Sequence record: PQ474299.1
Reading direction: 5' to 3' (one strand)
Length of the DNA: 32,000 nt
DNA from: Pseudomonas phage BL8
Below, piece after piece: positions 16,784 to 24,797 of the stretch. A program made the translations under genes and the position numbers. Below the pieces are notes generated by a model, which was not told where the DNA came from, made no database searches, and was given only the letters and a program-made list of their open reading frames with translations. Every line of letters begins with the position of its first letter. Positions within the stretch are counted from its first letter, which is position 1.

Positions 16784-17419
16784 ATGGGAAGCCTGATGAG
16801 CAAGATTCACGACGAGGAGCGCGAGGCGGAGGAGCTGAACCGCCGCGCCGCCCGCCCGCTCCTGACCCGGATCGCCGCGACCCGGGAGGCCGGGACGGTC
16901 CGCCGGTGCCACATCGTCCCGCACCACGGTCAGTACAACATCGCCCAGCACAGCTACGGGGCCGTGAGCCTCCTGCTGCTGCTCCACCCGCACCCGTCGC
17001 TGAACCTGATCAAGGCGGTCCAGTGGCACGACTGCGCGGAGCGTTGGTTGGGCGACATCCCGGCCCCGGCGAAGTGGACCCACTCCGAACTCGGGAAGGT
17101 GTATGAGGAGGCGGAACGCCGCGTGCTGGCGACCCTGGGCCTGCTCCCGGGCCTTCTCCCTGACGAGGAGGACTGGTTGAAGGCCGTGGACACCCTCGAA
17201 CTGTGGCTGTGGTGCCGGGAGGAAGAAGCCCTGGGCAACGAAGCGGTCACGGCCATGCGGAGGGCATGCGAGGCGGTGACGGAGAAGCGGGGCCTGGAGG
17301 GTAGCCTGCCCGAACCCGTCCGCGCCTTCTACGTGGCAGCGAAGCAACAGCCGCATCGCCGTCTCTCGGACTTCTTCGAGGAGGTGGTGCGCGATGGACT
17401 TGGAGAAGCTGCGACGTGA
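16784..17419 (+). CDS. HD-domain phosphohydrolase (YfbR/5'-deoxynucleotidase-like)
   Basis: 'CHIVPHHGQYNIAQHSYGAVSLLLLLHP....LIKAVQWHDCAERWLGDIPAPAKW' has H...HD...D spacing typical of HD domain nucleotidases. Confidence 0.82.
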   Translation: MGSLMSKIHDEEREAEELNRRAARPLLTRIAATREAGTVRRCHIVPHHGQYNIAQHSYGAVSLLLLLHPHPSLNLIKAVQWHDCAERWLGDIPAPAKWTHSELGKVYEEAERRVLATLGLLPGLLPDEEDWLKAVDTLELWLWCREEEALGNEAVTAMRRACEAVTEKRGLEGSLPEPVRAFYVAAKQQPHRRLSDFFEEVVRDGLGEAAT

Positions 17420-17621
17420 TTGGGCTGAGGACCCGCAGCTGAAGTTCTACGCCTTCGACACGGTGGAAGAACTCGCTGCGCACCTCCGCAAGGTCCATAC
17501 AGATATGATGAACGGGGAGCACGGGTGTTTTGGGTACTTGTACCGCCAGCAGACACTCCGGCTCCGGGAACTGATGAAGGAGTTACAAGATGAGCGTGAA
17601 CGAAAAGCAAGTGGGCGGTGA
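17394..17621 (+). CDS. Hypothetical small protein
   Basis: MDLEKLRRDWAEDPQLKFYAFDTVEELAAHLRKVH..., short overlaps with both neighbours. Confidence 0.6.
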   Translation: MDLEKLRRDWAEDPQLKFYAFDTVEELAAHLRKVHTDMMNGEHGCFGYLYRQQTLRLRELMKELQDERERKASGR

Positions 17622-17976
17622 GCACTACCGCTCGCCCGTCCAACACTGGGACTACGTGGAGCTGAACGGCCTCCGCTACACCGAAGGCTGCGCGACCAAG
17701 TACGCGACCCGCAACCGCAAGAAGCACGAGGACCCGCGCCAGGACCTTGAGAAGGCGATCCACTACGTGGAGAAGGTCCAGGACCTGTACCGCAACGGGG
17801 TCCTGCTGCCCCGCTCCGCCGCCGTGGTCATTACCCCGGACGCCTTCGCCGCCGCGAACGGGCTGACGGAGGACGAAGCCGAAGTGGTCCGCATCCTCAC
17901 CTTCTGGGAGTCCGACCCGGAGCTGACCGCGGCCCTGAACCTCCTGCGCAAGATGATTGCGGAGGTCGGAGCCTGA
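17590..17976 (+). CDS. DUF3310 family phage protein
   Basis: 'KQVGGEHYRSPVQHWDYVELNGLRYTEGCATKYATRNRKKHEDPRQDLEKAIHYVEKV' matches the DUF3310 hallmark. Confidence 0.88.
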   Translation: MSVNEKQVGGEHYRSPVQHWDYVELNGLRYTEGCATKYATRNRKKHEDPRQDLEKAIHYVEKVQDLYRNGVLLPRSAAVVITPDAFAAANGLTEDEAEVVRILTFWESDPELTAALNLLRKMIAEVGA

Positions 17977-19970
17977 TGTCATACCTCCAACCACCCCTGT
18001 TCACGACCGTCTCCAGCGACTGGGTGGCCCCGGACCTCAGCACCCTCCCCTCGTGGGAGGGGGCCAAGCGGGTCGCCATCGACTGCGAGACGCGGGACCC
18101 GGACCTGCGCAAACTCGGACCGGGGGCGGGCCGTCGCCCGAACAGCTACATCACCGGCATCAGCTTCGCAATCGAGGACGGCCCGGGCGGGTACTTGCCC
18201 ATCAGACACGAAGGCGGGGGCAACCTCCCGCTGGAGGGCGTGCTGGCCTACCTCCGCGCCCAGGCAAAGGTGTTCACCGGCGACCTCGTGGGGGCCAACC
18301 TCCCGTATGACCTGGACTTCCTCGCCGGGGACGGCATCGAGTTCGAGCGGGTCCGCTACTTCCGTGACATCCAGATCGCTGACCCGCTGATCTGCGAACT
18401 CCACGACAGCTACAGCATGCAAGCTATCGCGGAGCGGTGGGGCTTCCACGGCAAGGACGAAGCCCTGCTGCGCGCCGCCGCGGTCGATTATGGGATTGAC
18501 CCGAAGAAGGACATGTGGATGCTCCCGGCCAAGTTTGTCGGGAAGTACGCGGAGGAGGACACGCGCCTGCCTCTGAACATCCTCCGCCGTCAGGAGCGGG
18601 AGATTGATGAGCAGGACCTCTGGGGCGTGTACAACCTGGAGTCCAAGCTGCTCCCGATCCTCACGGGCCTTCGCCGCCGGGGCGTCCGAATCGACTGCGA
18701 CCGCCTGGACATGATTGAGCGTTGGGCGCTGGAGAAGGAGACGGAGGCCCTGGCCCAAGTCCGGTCGATCACCGGCCACCGGATCGCCGTGGGCGATGTC
18801 TGGAAGCCGGAGGTGATCGCCCCTGCCCTCGAACATATCGGGATCAAGCTGAACAAGACCTCCCAGGGCAAGCCCAACATCGACAAGGAGCTGCTGGGCT
18901 CAATCGACCACCCTGTGGCGGACCTCCTCGAACGCGCCCGGAAGGTGAACAAGCTGCGCACGACCTTCGCCAGCTCCGTCCGGGACCACATGGTGAACGG
19001 TCGCCTCCACGGGACGTTCAACCAGCTCCGCCGCCAGAAGGATGACGAAAGCGACGGGACCGCGGGCGCTGCCTACGGGCGACTGTCCAGCGAACACCCG
19101 AACCTCCAGCAGCAACCGGCTCGGGATGAGTTCGCCATGATGTGGCGGGCCATCTACCTCCCGGAGGAAGGCCAACACTGGGCGTCCAACGACTACAGCC
19201 AGCAGGAGCCGCGCATGGCGGTCCACTACGCCTGCTTGGCGAAGGACCTGATTGGGCACCAAGCCTGGCTGTCCGCAATCGAAGCCCGGGACAAGTACCG
19301 CAACGACCCGAACACCGACAACCACCAGATGATGGCGGACATGGCGGGGATCAAGCGCAAGGACGCCAAGGAAATCTACCTGGGCCTGTCCTACGGGATG
19401 GGCGGGGCGAAGATGTGCCGCAAGCTCGGGCTCCCGACTATGATGGCCGTGCGCGGCCCCCGCTTCCAGCTGTTCGACGTGAACAGCCCGGAGGGTCAGC
19501 GCCTGGTCGCGGAAGGGGCGCGGAGGTTCGAGGCCGCGGGGCCGGAGGGTCAGGCCCTCCTGGACACCTTCGACCACAAGGTGCCGTTCATCAAGAAGCT
19601 GGCGAAGGCTTGCGAAGCCCGGGCGAAGGCCGTGGGCTACATCACGACCCTGAGCGGTCGCCGTTGCCGCTTCCCGAAGGACAAGGACGGGAACTATGAC
19701 TGGACCCACAAGGGACTGAACCGGCTGATTCAGGGCTCCTCCGCGGACCAGACCAAGATGGCGATGGTGGCCTGCGCGGAAGCCGGACTGGACATCATCA
19801 TCCAGGTCCACGATGAGATCGCCTTCAGCGTACACGACATGAAGGAGGCCGCGGAAGCCGCCCACATCATGAGGACGTGCACGCCGCTCGAACTCCCGTC
19901 AAAGGTGGACGTGGAGATTGGGCAGAGCTGGGGCCACTCCATGGGCTGGGACGGGAACCCGCCATCATGA
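17976..19970 (+). CDS. polA: Family A DNA polymerase with 3'-5' exonuclease domain
   Basis: Exo motif 'RVAIDCETRD', 'GANLPYDLDFLAGDG'. Pol motif A 'NDYSQQEPRMAVHYA', motif B 'RKDAKEIYLGLSYGMGGAKM', motif C 'IIIQVHDEIAFSV'. Confidence 0.95.
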   Translation: MSYLQPPLFTTVSSDWVAPDLSTLPSWEGAKRVAIDCETRDPDLRKLGPGAGRRPNSYITGISFAIEDGPGGYLPIRHEGGGNLPLEGVLAYLRAQAKVFTGDLVGANLPYDLDFLAGDGIEFERVRYFRDIQIADPLICELHDSYSMQAIAERWGFHGKDEALLRAAAVDYGIDPKKDMWMLPAKFVGKYAEEDTRLPLNILRRQEREIDEQDLWGVYNLESKLLPILTGLRRRGVRIDCDRLDMIERWALEKETEALAQVRSITGHRIAVGDVWKPEVIAPALEHIGIKLNKTSQGKPNIDKELLGSIDHPVADLLERARKVNKLRTTFASSVRDHMVNGRLHGTFNQLRRQKDDESDGTAGAAYGRLSSEHPNLQQQPARDEFAMMWRAIYLPEEGQHWASNDYSQQEPRMAVHYACLAKDLIGHQAWLSAIEARDKYRNDPNTDNHQMMADMAGIKRKDAKEIYLGLSYGMGGAKMCRKLGLPTMMAVRGPRFQLFDVNSPEGQRLVAEGARRFEAAGPEGQALLDTFDHKVPFIKKLAKACEARAKAVGYITTLSGRRCRFPKDKDGNYDWTHKGLNRLIQGSSADQTKMAMVACAEAGLDIIIQVHDEIAFSVHDMKEAAEAAHIMRTCTPLELPSKVDVEIGQSWGHSMGWDGNPPS

Positions 19971-20281
19971 AATTCTGCTATCAGTGTGACGCGCAGGTCA
20001 CTTACTTGTTTGCGGATGCACGCTGCGCAAAGTGTACCCGCTTGACCCCGGAGGAAGTCCGGGGCGAACCCCTGGAGAACGATATGCGCCGCAGCAACGA
20101 CAACACCGTGGACCTCGAAGTGGTCATCAAGCGCGAGACAGACAAGGCATACCTCATCGACCACGGCGGTGAGGAGGAAGTCTGGATGCCCAAGTCACAG
20201 GTCCGCGCGGTCGAGAAGAAGGGCCGCACGGCGACCCTGACCGTCACCGAATGGATCGCCAACGAGAAGGGGCTGATATGA
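19967..20281 (+). CDS. Small protein with N-terminal zinc-ribbon-like CxxC pair
   Basis: ATGA overlap with polA. MKFCYQCDAQVTYLFADARCAKCTRLTPEEVRG... Confidence 0.72.
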   Translation: MKFCYQCDAQVTYLFADARCAKCTRLTPEEVRGEPLENDMRRSNDNTVDLEVVIKRETDKAYLIDHGGEEEVWMPKSQVRAVEKKGRTATLTVTEWIANEKGLI

Positions 20282-20472
20282 ACGACATCGCCGTGCGCTG
20301 GACCTCCCGGAAGTTCTGGGCGGCGATGATCTGGGAGGCGGTCCTGGTCGGGCTCCTGTATATGGGCAAGTTGCCGGTGGACGCCTTCGAGTCCTTGACC
20401 TGGCTCCTGCTGGGCGGTTACTTCCTCGGGAACGTCGCCCAGAAGGTTTTGCTGAAGGAGGAGGTGAAATGA
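20278..20472 (+). CDS. Small membrane protein (two hydrophobic segments, holin-like size)
   Basis: ATGA overlap. MNDIAVRWTSRKFWAAMIWEAVLVGLLYMGKLPVDAFESLTWLLLGGYFLGNVAQKVLLKEEVK. Confidence 0.65.
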   Translation: MNDIAVRWTSRKFWAAMIWEAVLVGLLYMGKLPVDAFESLTWLLLGGYFLGNVAQKVLLKEEVK

Positions 20473-20930
20473 GCGAACGTCAAGACCGCTGGGACCGCCG
20501 CTATGTTGGGCTGGCCCAACACGTCGCGGGCTGGAGCAAGGACCCTTCCACGAAGGTCGGAGCCGTCCTGGTTCGGCCCAACAACAGCGTGGCTTCGACC
20601 GGGTTCAACGGCTTCCCGCCCGGGCACGATGATTCGCCGGAGCTGTACGCTGACCGCGGGTACAAGTACCAGCACGTTGTTCACGCAGAGGTCAACGCAC
20701 TCAACTTTTTAGGCTCGCCTGCGGACGGCTTCACGCTCTATACTTCTTTTCCCTGCTGCCCGAACTGTATGGAAGCCGCGGGGAAGGCGGGCGTGAAGCG
20801 GGTCGCCTTCCCGTGCATCGACTACTCGGGCCGCGATCCGGGGTGGGTTGCTGAGTGGAATCAACGCATTGATGAGGCTTTGGAAGTCGCCCGCCGTTAC
20901 AACATCGAAGTGAGGTGGGTAGATGTCTGA
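20469..20930 (+). CDS. dCMP deaminase-like zinc-dependent deaminase
   Basis: 'SKDPSTKVGAVLVRPNNSVASTGFNGFP', 'HVVHAEVNALNFL', 'LYTSFPCCPNCMEAAGKAGVKRV'. Confidence 0.93.
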   Translation: MSERQDRWDRRYVGLAQHVAGWSKDPSTKVGAVLVRPNNSVASTGFNGFPPGHDDSPELYADRGYKYQHVVHAEVNALNFLGSPADGFTLYTSFPCCPNCMEAAGKAGVKRVAFPCIDYSGRDPGWVAEWNQRIDEALEVARRYNIEVRWVDV

Positions 20931-21321
20931 AGCCGCAATGTGGGACTCCCTCCGCCCCGTCATCCGGTCGCTGGACCCGGTGCGCGTGGAGAACCCCATT
21001 GTGCCCGGGACCCCGGATGTGAACTACAACCAGGGCTGGATTGAATTGAAGTTCGCTGAACGCTGGCCGCCCAGGGGCGGACCGCTTCGAGTGGACCACT
21101 TCACCCGCCAGCAGAGGACCTGGCTGACCCGCCGCCGCAAGGCCGGGGGCCGGGCCTTCCTCCTGCTGAAGGTCGGGGAGACGGAGTGGTTGCTATTCGA
21201 TGGAGCGGTGGCCGCTGCTATGCTGGGCCGGGTTCCGCGAGAACGCCTGTATGAGGTCTGTGTCGCACGTTGGACACGCCTTCCAAGAACCAAGGAGATT
21301 TGTACATGTCTGCTACAGTGA
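20923..21321 (+). CDS. VRR-NUC/PD-(D/E)XK-like nuclease
   Basis: 'RVENPIVPGTPDVNYNQGWIELKFAERWP' fits G-xPD...ExK, followed by 'HFTRQQRTWLTRRRKAGGRAFLLLKVGE'. Confidence 0.8.
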   Translation: MSEAAMWDSLRPVIRSLDPVRVENPIVPGTPDVNYNQGWIELKFAERWPPRGGPLRVDHFTRQQRTWLTRRRKAGGRAFLLLKVGETEWLLFDGAVAAAMLGRVPRERLYEVCVARWTRLPRTKEICTCLLQ

Positions 21322-21632
21322 CACCAACCAAAGGCGAAAGCCTACTGCTACACCGCCGCCGCAAGGGCCTCAATCAGATTGAGGCCGCGAAGGAGTACGG
21401 GGTGCACCCGGACCGCTACCGTGAATGGGAAGCGGACCGCCGCCTGGACGATCAACCGCGCCAGCACCTCGGACAACTGAAGCCCCACGAGGTCTGCTTG
21501 CTGTTCCGCCGCCGCTCGGGTAAGACCCAGCGCGAAATCGCCGCCGCTCTGGGCTGCACTCGCCTCTGGGTCATCCAGATGGAGGACGGGAAAGCGCCGG
21601 TTGAGCGCCTTCGTGAATATTGGGGCTTTTGA
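21306..21632 (+). CDS. Helix-turn-helix DNA-binding protein (two HTH-like segments)
   Basis: 'LLLHRRRKGLNQIEAAKEYGVHPDRYREWE' and 'LLFRRRSGKTQREIAAALGCTRLWVIQMEDGK'. Confidence 0.78.
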   Translation: MSATVTPTKGESLLLHRRRKGLNQIEAAKEYGVHPDRYREWEADRRLDDQPRQHLGQLKPHEVCLLFRRRSGKTQREIAAALGCTRLWVIQMEDGKAPVERLREYWGF

Positions 21633-21644
21633 GGGGGATCGGAA

Positions 21645-24056
21645 ATGGCGGAACTGCCGAAACACAAGACCAAGGACGCAATCGACTTCTTGAAGAAGTG
21701 GTGCCCGGAAGGGCCGTGGGTCCTGACGGCCATCATCCCGGACGGGAAAACGGAGACGGTCACATTCATGCCCGACCGCTGGCAGAAGGCCGCGGAGTGG
21801 ATCGAAGGGCACCAGGGCAAGCGCAACCTGTACTTCCACGTGAACCCGGTCCGCCGGGCGATGGACGTGAAAGCCTCGAAGGAGGACATGGCCCGCCTCG
21901 CGTGGCTTCACGTGGACATCGACCCGCGAGCCGGGGAGGACTTCGAGGAGGAGCGGGCGCGGGCTCTGAAGCTGCTCCAGTCCTACACGCCCAAGCCCAC
22001 GGTCATCATCGACTCGGGCGGGGGCTATCAGGGCTTTTGGCGTCTGAACCCGTCCGACAAGCTGGACATCGCCGGATCGGTGGCGAAGGCTCAGGAGCTG
22101 GAAGCGTACAACATCCAGCTGGAGAAGGTGTTTCAGGCGGACCACTGCCACAACGTGGACCGCATCATGCGCCTCCCGGGCACGATCAACATGCCCACCG
22201 CGAAGAAGGTCAAGAAGGGTCGCCAGCCGACCCTCGCCCGTCTCGTGGAGTGGAATGACGCCAGCTACCCCATCGAACAATTCACCCCCGCGGTTCGAGT
22301 CCAGATGGCGGAGCAGGGCCTGGCCGGGGGCCGTCCGAAGGTGAAGATCACGGGCAACGTCCCGGACATCGGAACGGAGGAGCTGCGGGAGTGGGCCCAT
22401 GAGCACGGGAAGGCTATCAGCGACCACATACTGGCGCTGATTGCTACTGGGCAGGACCCGCTGGACCCGACCAAGTACCCCTCCCGGTCGGAAGCCCTGT
22501 TCAAGGTCTGCTGCGACCTCGTGCGGGCGGAGGTCCCTGATGAAATGATCTTCGCGGTGATCACCGGCTCCAACGAAATCGCCGCGAGCGTCAGAGACAA
22601 GCCGAACTGGGAAGGCTACGCCCTGCGGCAGATCGAACGTGCTCACGAGGAGGCGGTGGACCCTTGGCTGCGCAAGCTCAACGAGAAGCACGCCGTCATC
22701 GCGGACATCGGCGGGAAGTGCCGCATCATCAGCGAGGTCTGGGACCCGGCGATGAAGCGCACCAAAATCAGCAAGCAGTCCTTCGAGGACTTCCGCAACC
22801 GCTACCGCCACATCAAGGTAGTGGTTGGGCACTCGGAGGAGGGCAAGCCCATCGAGAAGGCCGCGGGAGCCTTCTGGATTGATCACCCCCAGCGCCGCCA
22901 ATATGAGACCATCGTGTTTGCCCCCGGCCAGGAGGTCGAAGAAGCCTACAACCTCTGGCGCGGGTTCGCGTGCGACTCCCTCCCGGGCGAGAAGCACATG
23001 CCCTTCCTGAACCACATCCGCGACAACGTCTGCTCAGGGAACCCGGAGCACTACCACTACCTGGTCGGGTGGATGGCGCGGATGGTCCAGCACCCGGACG
23101 GCCCGGGCGAAGTGGCCGTGGTCCTCCGCGGTCGCCGCGGCACCGGCAAGTCCTTCTTCGCCAAGGTCCTGGGCGCGATGTTCGGGCGTCACTACCTCCA
23201 AGTCAGCGACTCGAAGCACCTGGTGGGCTCCTTCAACGCCCACCTCCGCGATACCGTCCTGCTGTTCGGTGATGAGGCTTTCTTCGCCGGGGACAAGAAG
23301 CACGAAAGCGTGCTCAAGACCCTCGTGACCGAAGAACACCTGGTGATCGAGGGCAAGGGCGTGGACGCGGAAGCGGCCCCGAACTATGTCCACCTGGTCC
23401 TCGCCTCGAACGAAGATTGGGTGGTGCCCGCGGGTCTGGATGAACGCCGGTTCTTCGTCATGGAGGTGGGCGAGGGCCACAAGCAGGACCACGCCTATTT
23501 CAAGCGCATCAAGGACGATCTGGACAACGGAGGACTTGAGCACCTGCTCCACTTCCTCCTGACCTATGACCTGAGCGCCTTCGAGGTTCGCCAGGTCCCC
23601 CAGACCCGGGCGCTGCAGGACCAGAAGATCATGAGCATGTCGCCGGAAACCCAGTGGATGTATGAGAAGCTGTGGGAGGGCCGGTTGCTCAAGACCGACC
23701 AGGACTGGCGGAACAAGGTGGTGAAGGACAGCTTGTATGACGACTACGTGAACGACCTCCGCGACCAGGGCCGGAACTTCCGCATGAGCCGCACCGGCTT
23801 CGGCAAGTGGCTTGCCCGGGCCTTCCCGGACGGCTGGCCGCAGTCGAAGCAGGAAATGGCGGAGATTCCATGGACCAATGAACACGGCTTCGAGGTGATG
23901 ATCAAGAAGCGCGTGTACATGTACCACCTCCCGCCGCTGGAGCAGGTCCGGGCGCACTGGGACAAGAACTTTGGCGGCCCGTTCGAGTGGCCCAAGGTCG
24001 AACCGACCCAGGAGCCTCTGAAGGACGGCCCGAAGTCGGACAAGCCGCCATTCTGA
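21645..24056 (+). CDS. Primase-helicase (RepB-like primase N-term, D5/SF3-like helicase C-term)
   Basis: 'WLHVDIDPRAGEDFEEERARAL', 'PTVIIDSGGGYQGFWRL', 'LPGTINMPTAKK', 'VLRGRRGTGKSFFAKVLGAMFG', 'LLFGDEAFFAGDKKHESVLKTLVTE', 'VLASNEDWVVPAGLDERRFFVMEV'. Confidence 0.93.
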   Translation: MAELPKHKTKDAIDFLKKWCPEGPWVLTAIIPDGKTETVTFMPDRWQKAAEWIEGHQGKRNLYFHVNPVRRAMDVKASKEDMARLAWLHVDIDPRAGEDFEEERARALKLLQSYTPKPTVIIDSGGGYQGFWRLNPSDKLDIAGSVAKAQELEAYNIQLEKVFQADHCHNVDRIMRLPGTINMPTAKKVKKGRQPTLARLVEWNDASYPIEQFTPAVRVQMAEQGLAGGRPKVKITGNVPDIGTEELREWAHEHGKAISDHILALIATGQDPLDPTKYPSRSEALFKVCCDLVRAEVPDEMIFAVITGSNEIAASVRDKPNWEGYALRQIERAHEEAVDPWLRKLNEKHAVIADIGGKCRIISEVWDPAMKRTKISKQSFEDFRNRYRHIKVVVGHSEEGKPIEKAAGAFWIDHPQRRQYETIVFAPGQEVEEAYNLWRGFACDSLPGEKHMPFLNHIRDNVCSGNPEHYHYLVGWMARMVQHPDGPGEVAVVLRGRRGTGKSFFAKVLGAMFGRHYLQVSDSKHLVGSFNAHLRDTVLLFGDEAFFAGDKKHESVLKTLVTEEHLVIEGKGVDAEAAPNYVHLVLASNEDWVVPAGLDERRFFVMEVGEGHKQDHAYFKRIKDDLDNGGLEHLLHFLLTYDLSAFEVRQVPQTRALQDQKIMSMSPETQWMYEKLWEGRLLKTDQDWRNKVVKDSLYDDYVNDLRDQGRNFRMSRTGFGKWLARAFPDGWPQSKQEMAEIPWTNEHGFEVMIKKRVYMYHLPPLEQVRAHWDKNFGGPFEWPKVEPTQEPLKDGPKSDKPPF

Positions 24057-24066
24057 GGACGCCCCC

Positions 24067-24282
24067 ATGAGCGAGACGCTGGAAGCAACGAAGCGGGAGC
24101 TGGAGGGGGCGGGGATCGCCTACACGGTGGAGCTGGGCCGGAGACACTACAAGGTCCGCTTCACCGTGAGGGGGAAGCCTCTGATGGTGACGTGCTCGCG
24201 GACTTCCTCCGACCACCGCGCGGCCCTCAACGCCCGCCTTCAGGTCCGGCGGGAAATCCGCCGCGCGCTGGAATTGACCTGA
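24067..24282 (+). CDS. Small conserved protein, HicA/dsRBD-like fold possible
   Basis: MSETLEATKRELEGAGIAYTVELGRRHYKVRFTVRGKPLMVTCSRTSSDHRAALNARLQVRREIRRALELT. Confidence 0.65.
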   Translation: MSETLEATKRELEGAGIAYTVELGRRHYKVRFTVRGKPLMVTCSRTSSDHRAALNARLQVRREIRRALELT

Positions 24283-24286
24283 ACCG

Positions 24287-24323
24287 CTTTACTTCTTCGG
24301 ATTGACCCACTATACTTCTTCAC
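24287..24323 (+). promoter_or_regulatory. Phage promoter of the recurrent 23-bp double-box class (best match)
   Basis: TTTACTTCTTCGG at 24288 and TATACTTCTTCAC at 24311, upstream of the CDS at 24336. Confidence 0.85.
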
Positions 24324-24335
24324 ACGAGTTGAGAA

Positions 24336-24557
24336 ATGAACCAACCCCAGATACTGACGCCGCGATTCGAGATTGGAAAGGAGCTGACCCATCATGAACT
24401 ACAAGAAGCCTTCCGCCGCATACACGGGCACTCGATCCCGCGCGGCGCAAAACCGCAAGAAGTCGCACGAGGACTTGCTGCGCGAAGCCCGTTGCGATTC
24501 GAGTTTGAAGTCAATCGCCTTCGGGGCTATGCGTGGGACGCTGACGAGGTTGTGTGA
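24336..24557 (+). CDS. Hypothetical small protein
   Basis: First ATG after the promoter. MNQPQILTPRFEIGKELTHHELQEAFRRIHG... Confidence 0.6.
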   Translation: MNQPQILTPRFEIGKELTHHELQEAFRRIHGHSIPRGAKPQEVARGLAARSPLRFEFEVNRLRGYAWDADEVV

Positions 24558-24759
24558 CCACGCCCGCTGGGCTGCTCCGCTCGCCTTCGCCGTCCTGCTG
24601 CTCTGGGGCCTGGCGGGGGTCTTTGCGGACTATCTGGACCGCCCGGAGGTTCATATCAGCTACCTGACCCGGGAGTGCGTGCGCGTGGTGAACGCGGACG
24701 GCTCCCCCGGATCGTGTGGAGCCCTCCCGGACCGCTATGAGCGAGTGTGGGTGGAGTAA
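24550..24759 (+). CDS. Small membrane protein (TTG start proposed)
   Basis: Hydrophobic segment AAPLAFAVLLLWGLAGVFADYL. The listed ORF start (24394) would overlap the promoter-proximal gene extensively, and TTG 24550 gives an 8-nt overlap. Confidence 0.5.
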   Translation: MCDHARWAAPLAFAVLLLWGLAGVFADYLDRPEVHISYLTRECVRVVNADGSPGSCGALPDRYERVWVE

Positions 24760-24797
24760 GATTCTGTTTCAACAACCCTGAGAAAAGGAGTCACAAC

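Noticed and set aside
14804-17356. 850-aa minus-strand ORF (and similar long minus ORFs at 1492-3573, 6640-8151, 11768-13942, 9962-11041, 21348-23015)
   Set aside because: They lie antisense to genes with clear family motifs. They are repetitive, low-complexity translations typical of the complement of high-GC3 coding sequence, and they lack recognisable domains.
20739-20750. TATACTTCTTTTCC inside the dCMP deaminase gene resembling the phage -10 box
   Set aside because: It encodes the conserved LYTSFPCCPNC deaminase motif and lacks a TTTACTT box 23 bp upstream, so it is probably coincidental.
24394-24549. N-terminal extension of ORF 24394-24759
   Set aside because: It overlaps the promoter-proximal ORF 24336-24557 almost completely and is Arg/Ser-rich. 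The later TTG start fits the local overlap style better.
24758-24770. TAAGATTCTGTTTC before the GHKL-like gene, similar to the -10 at 9124
   Set aside because: The position 23 bp upstream is GCTATG, not TTTACT, so support is too weak to call a promoter.
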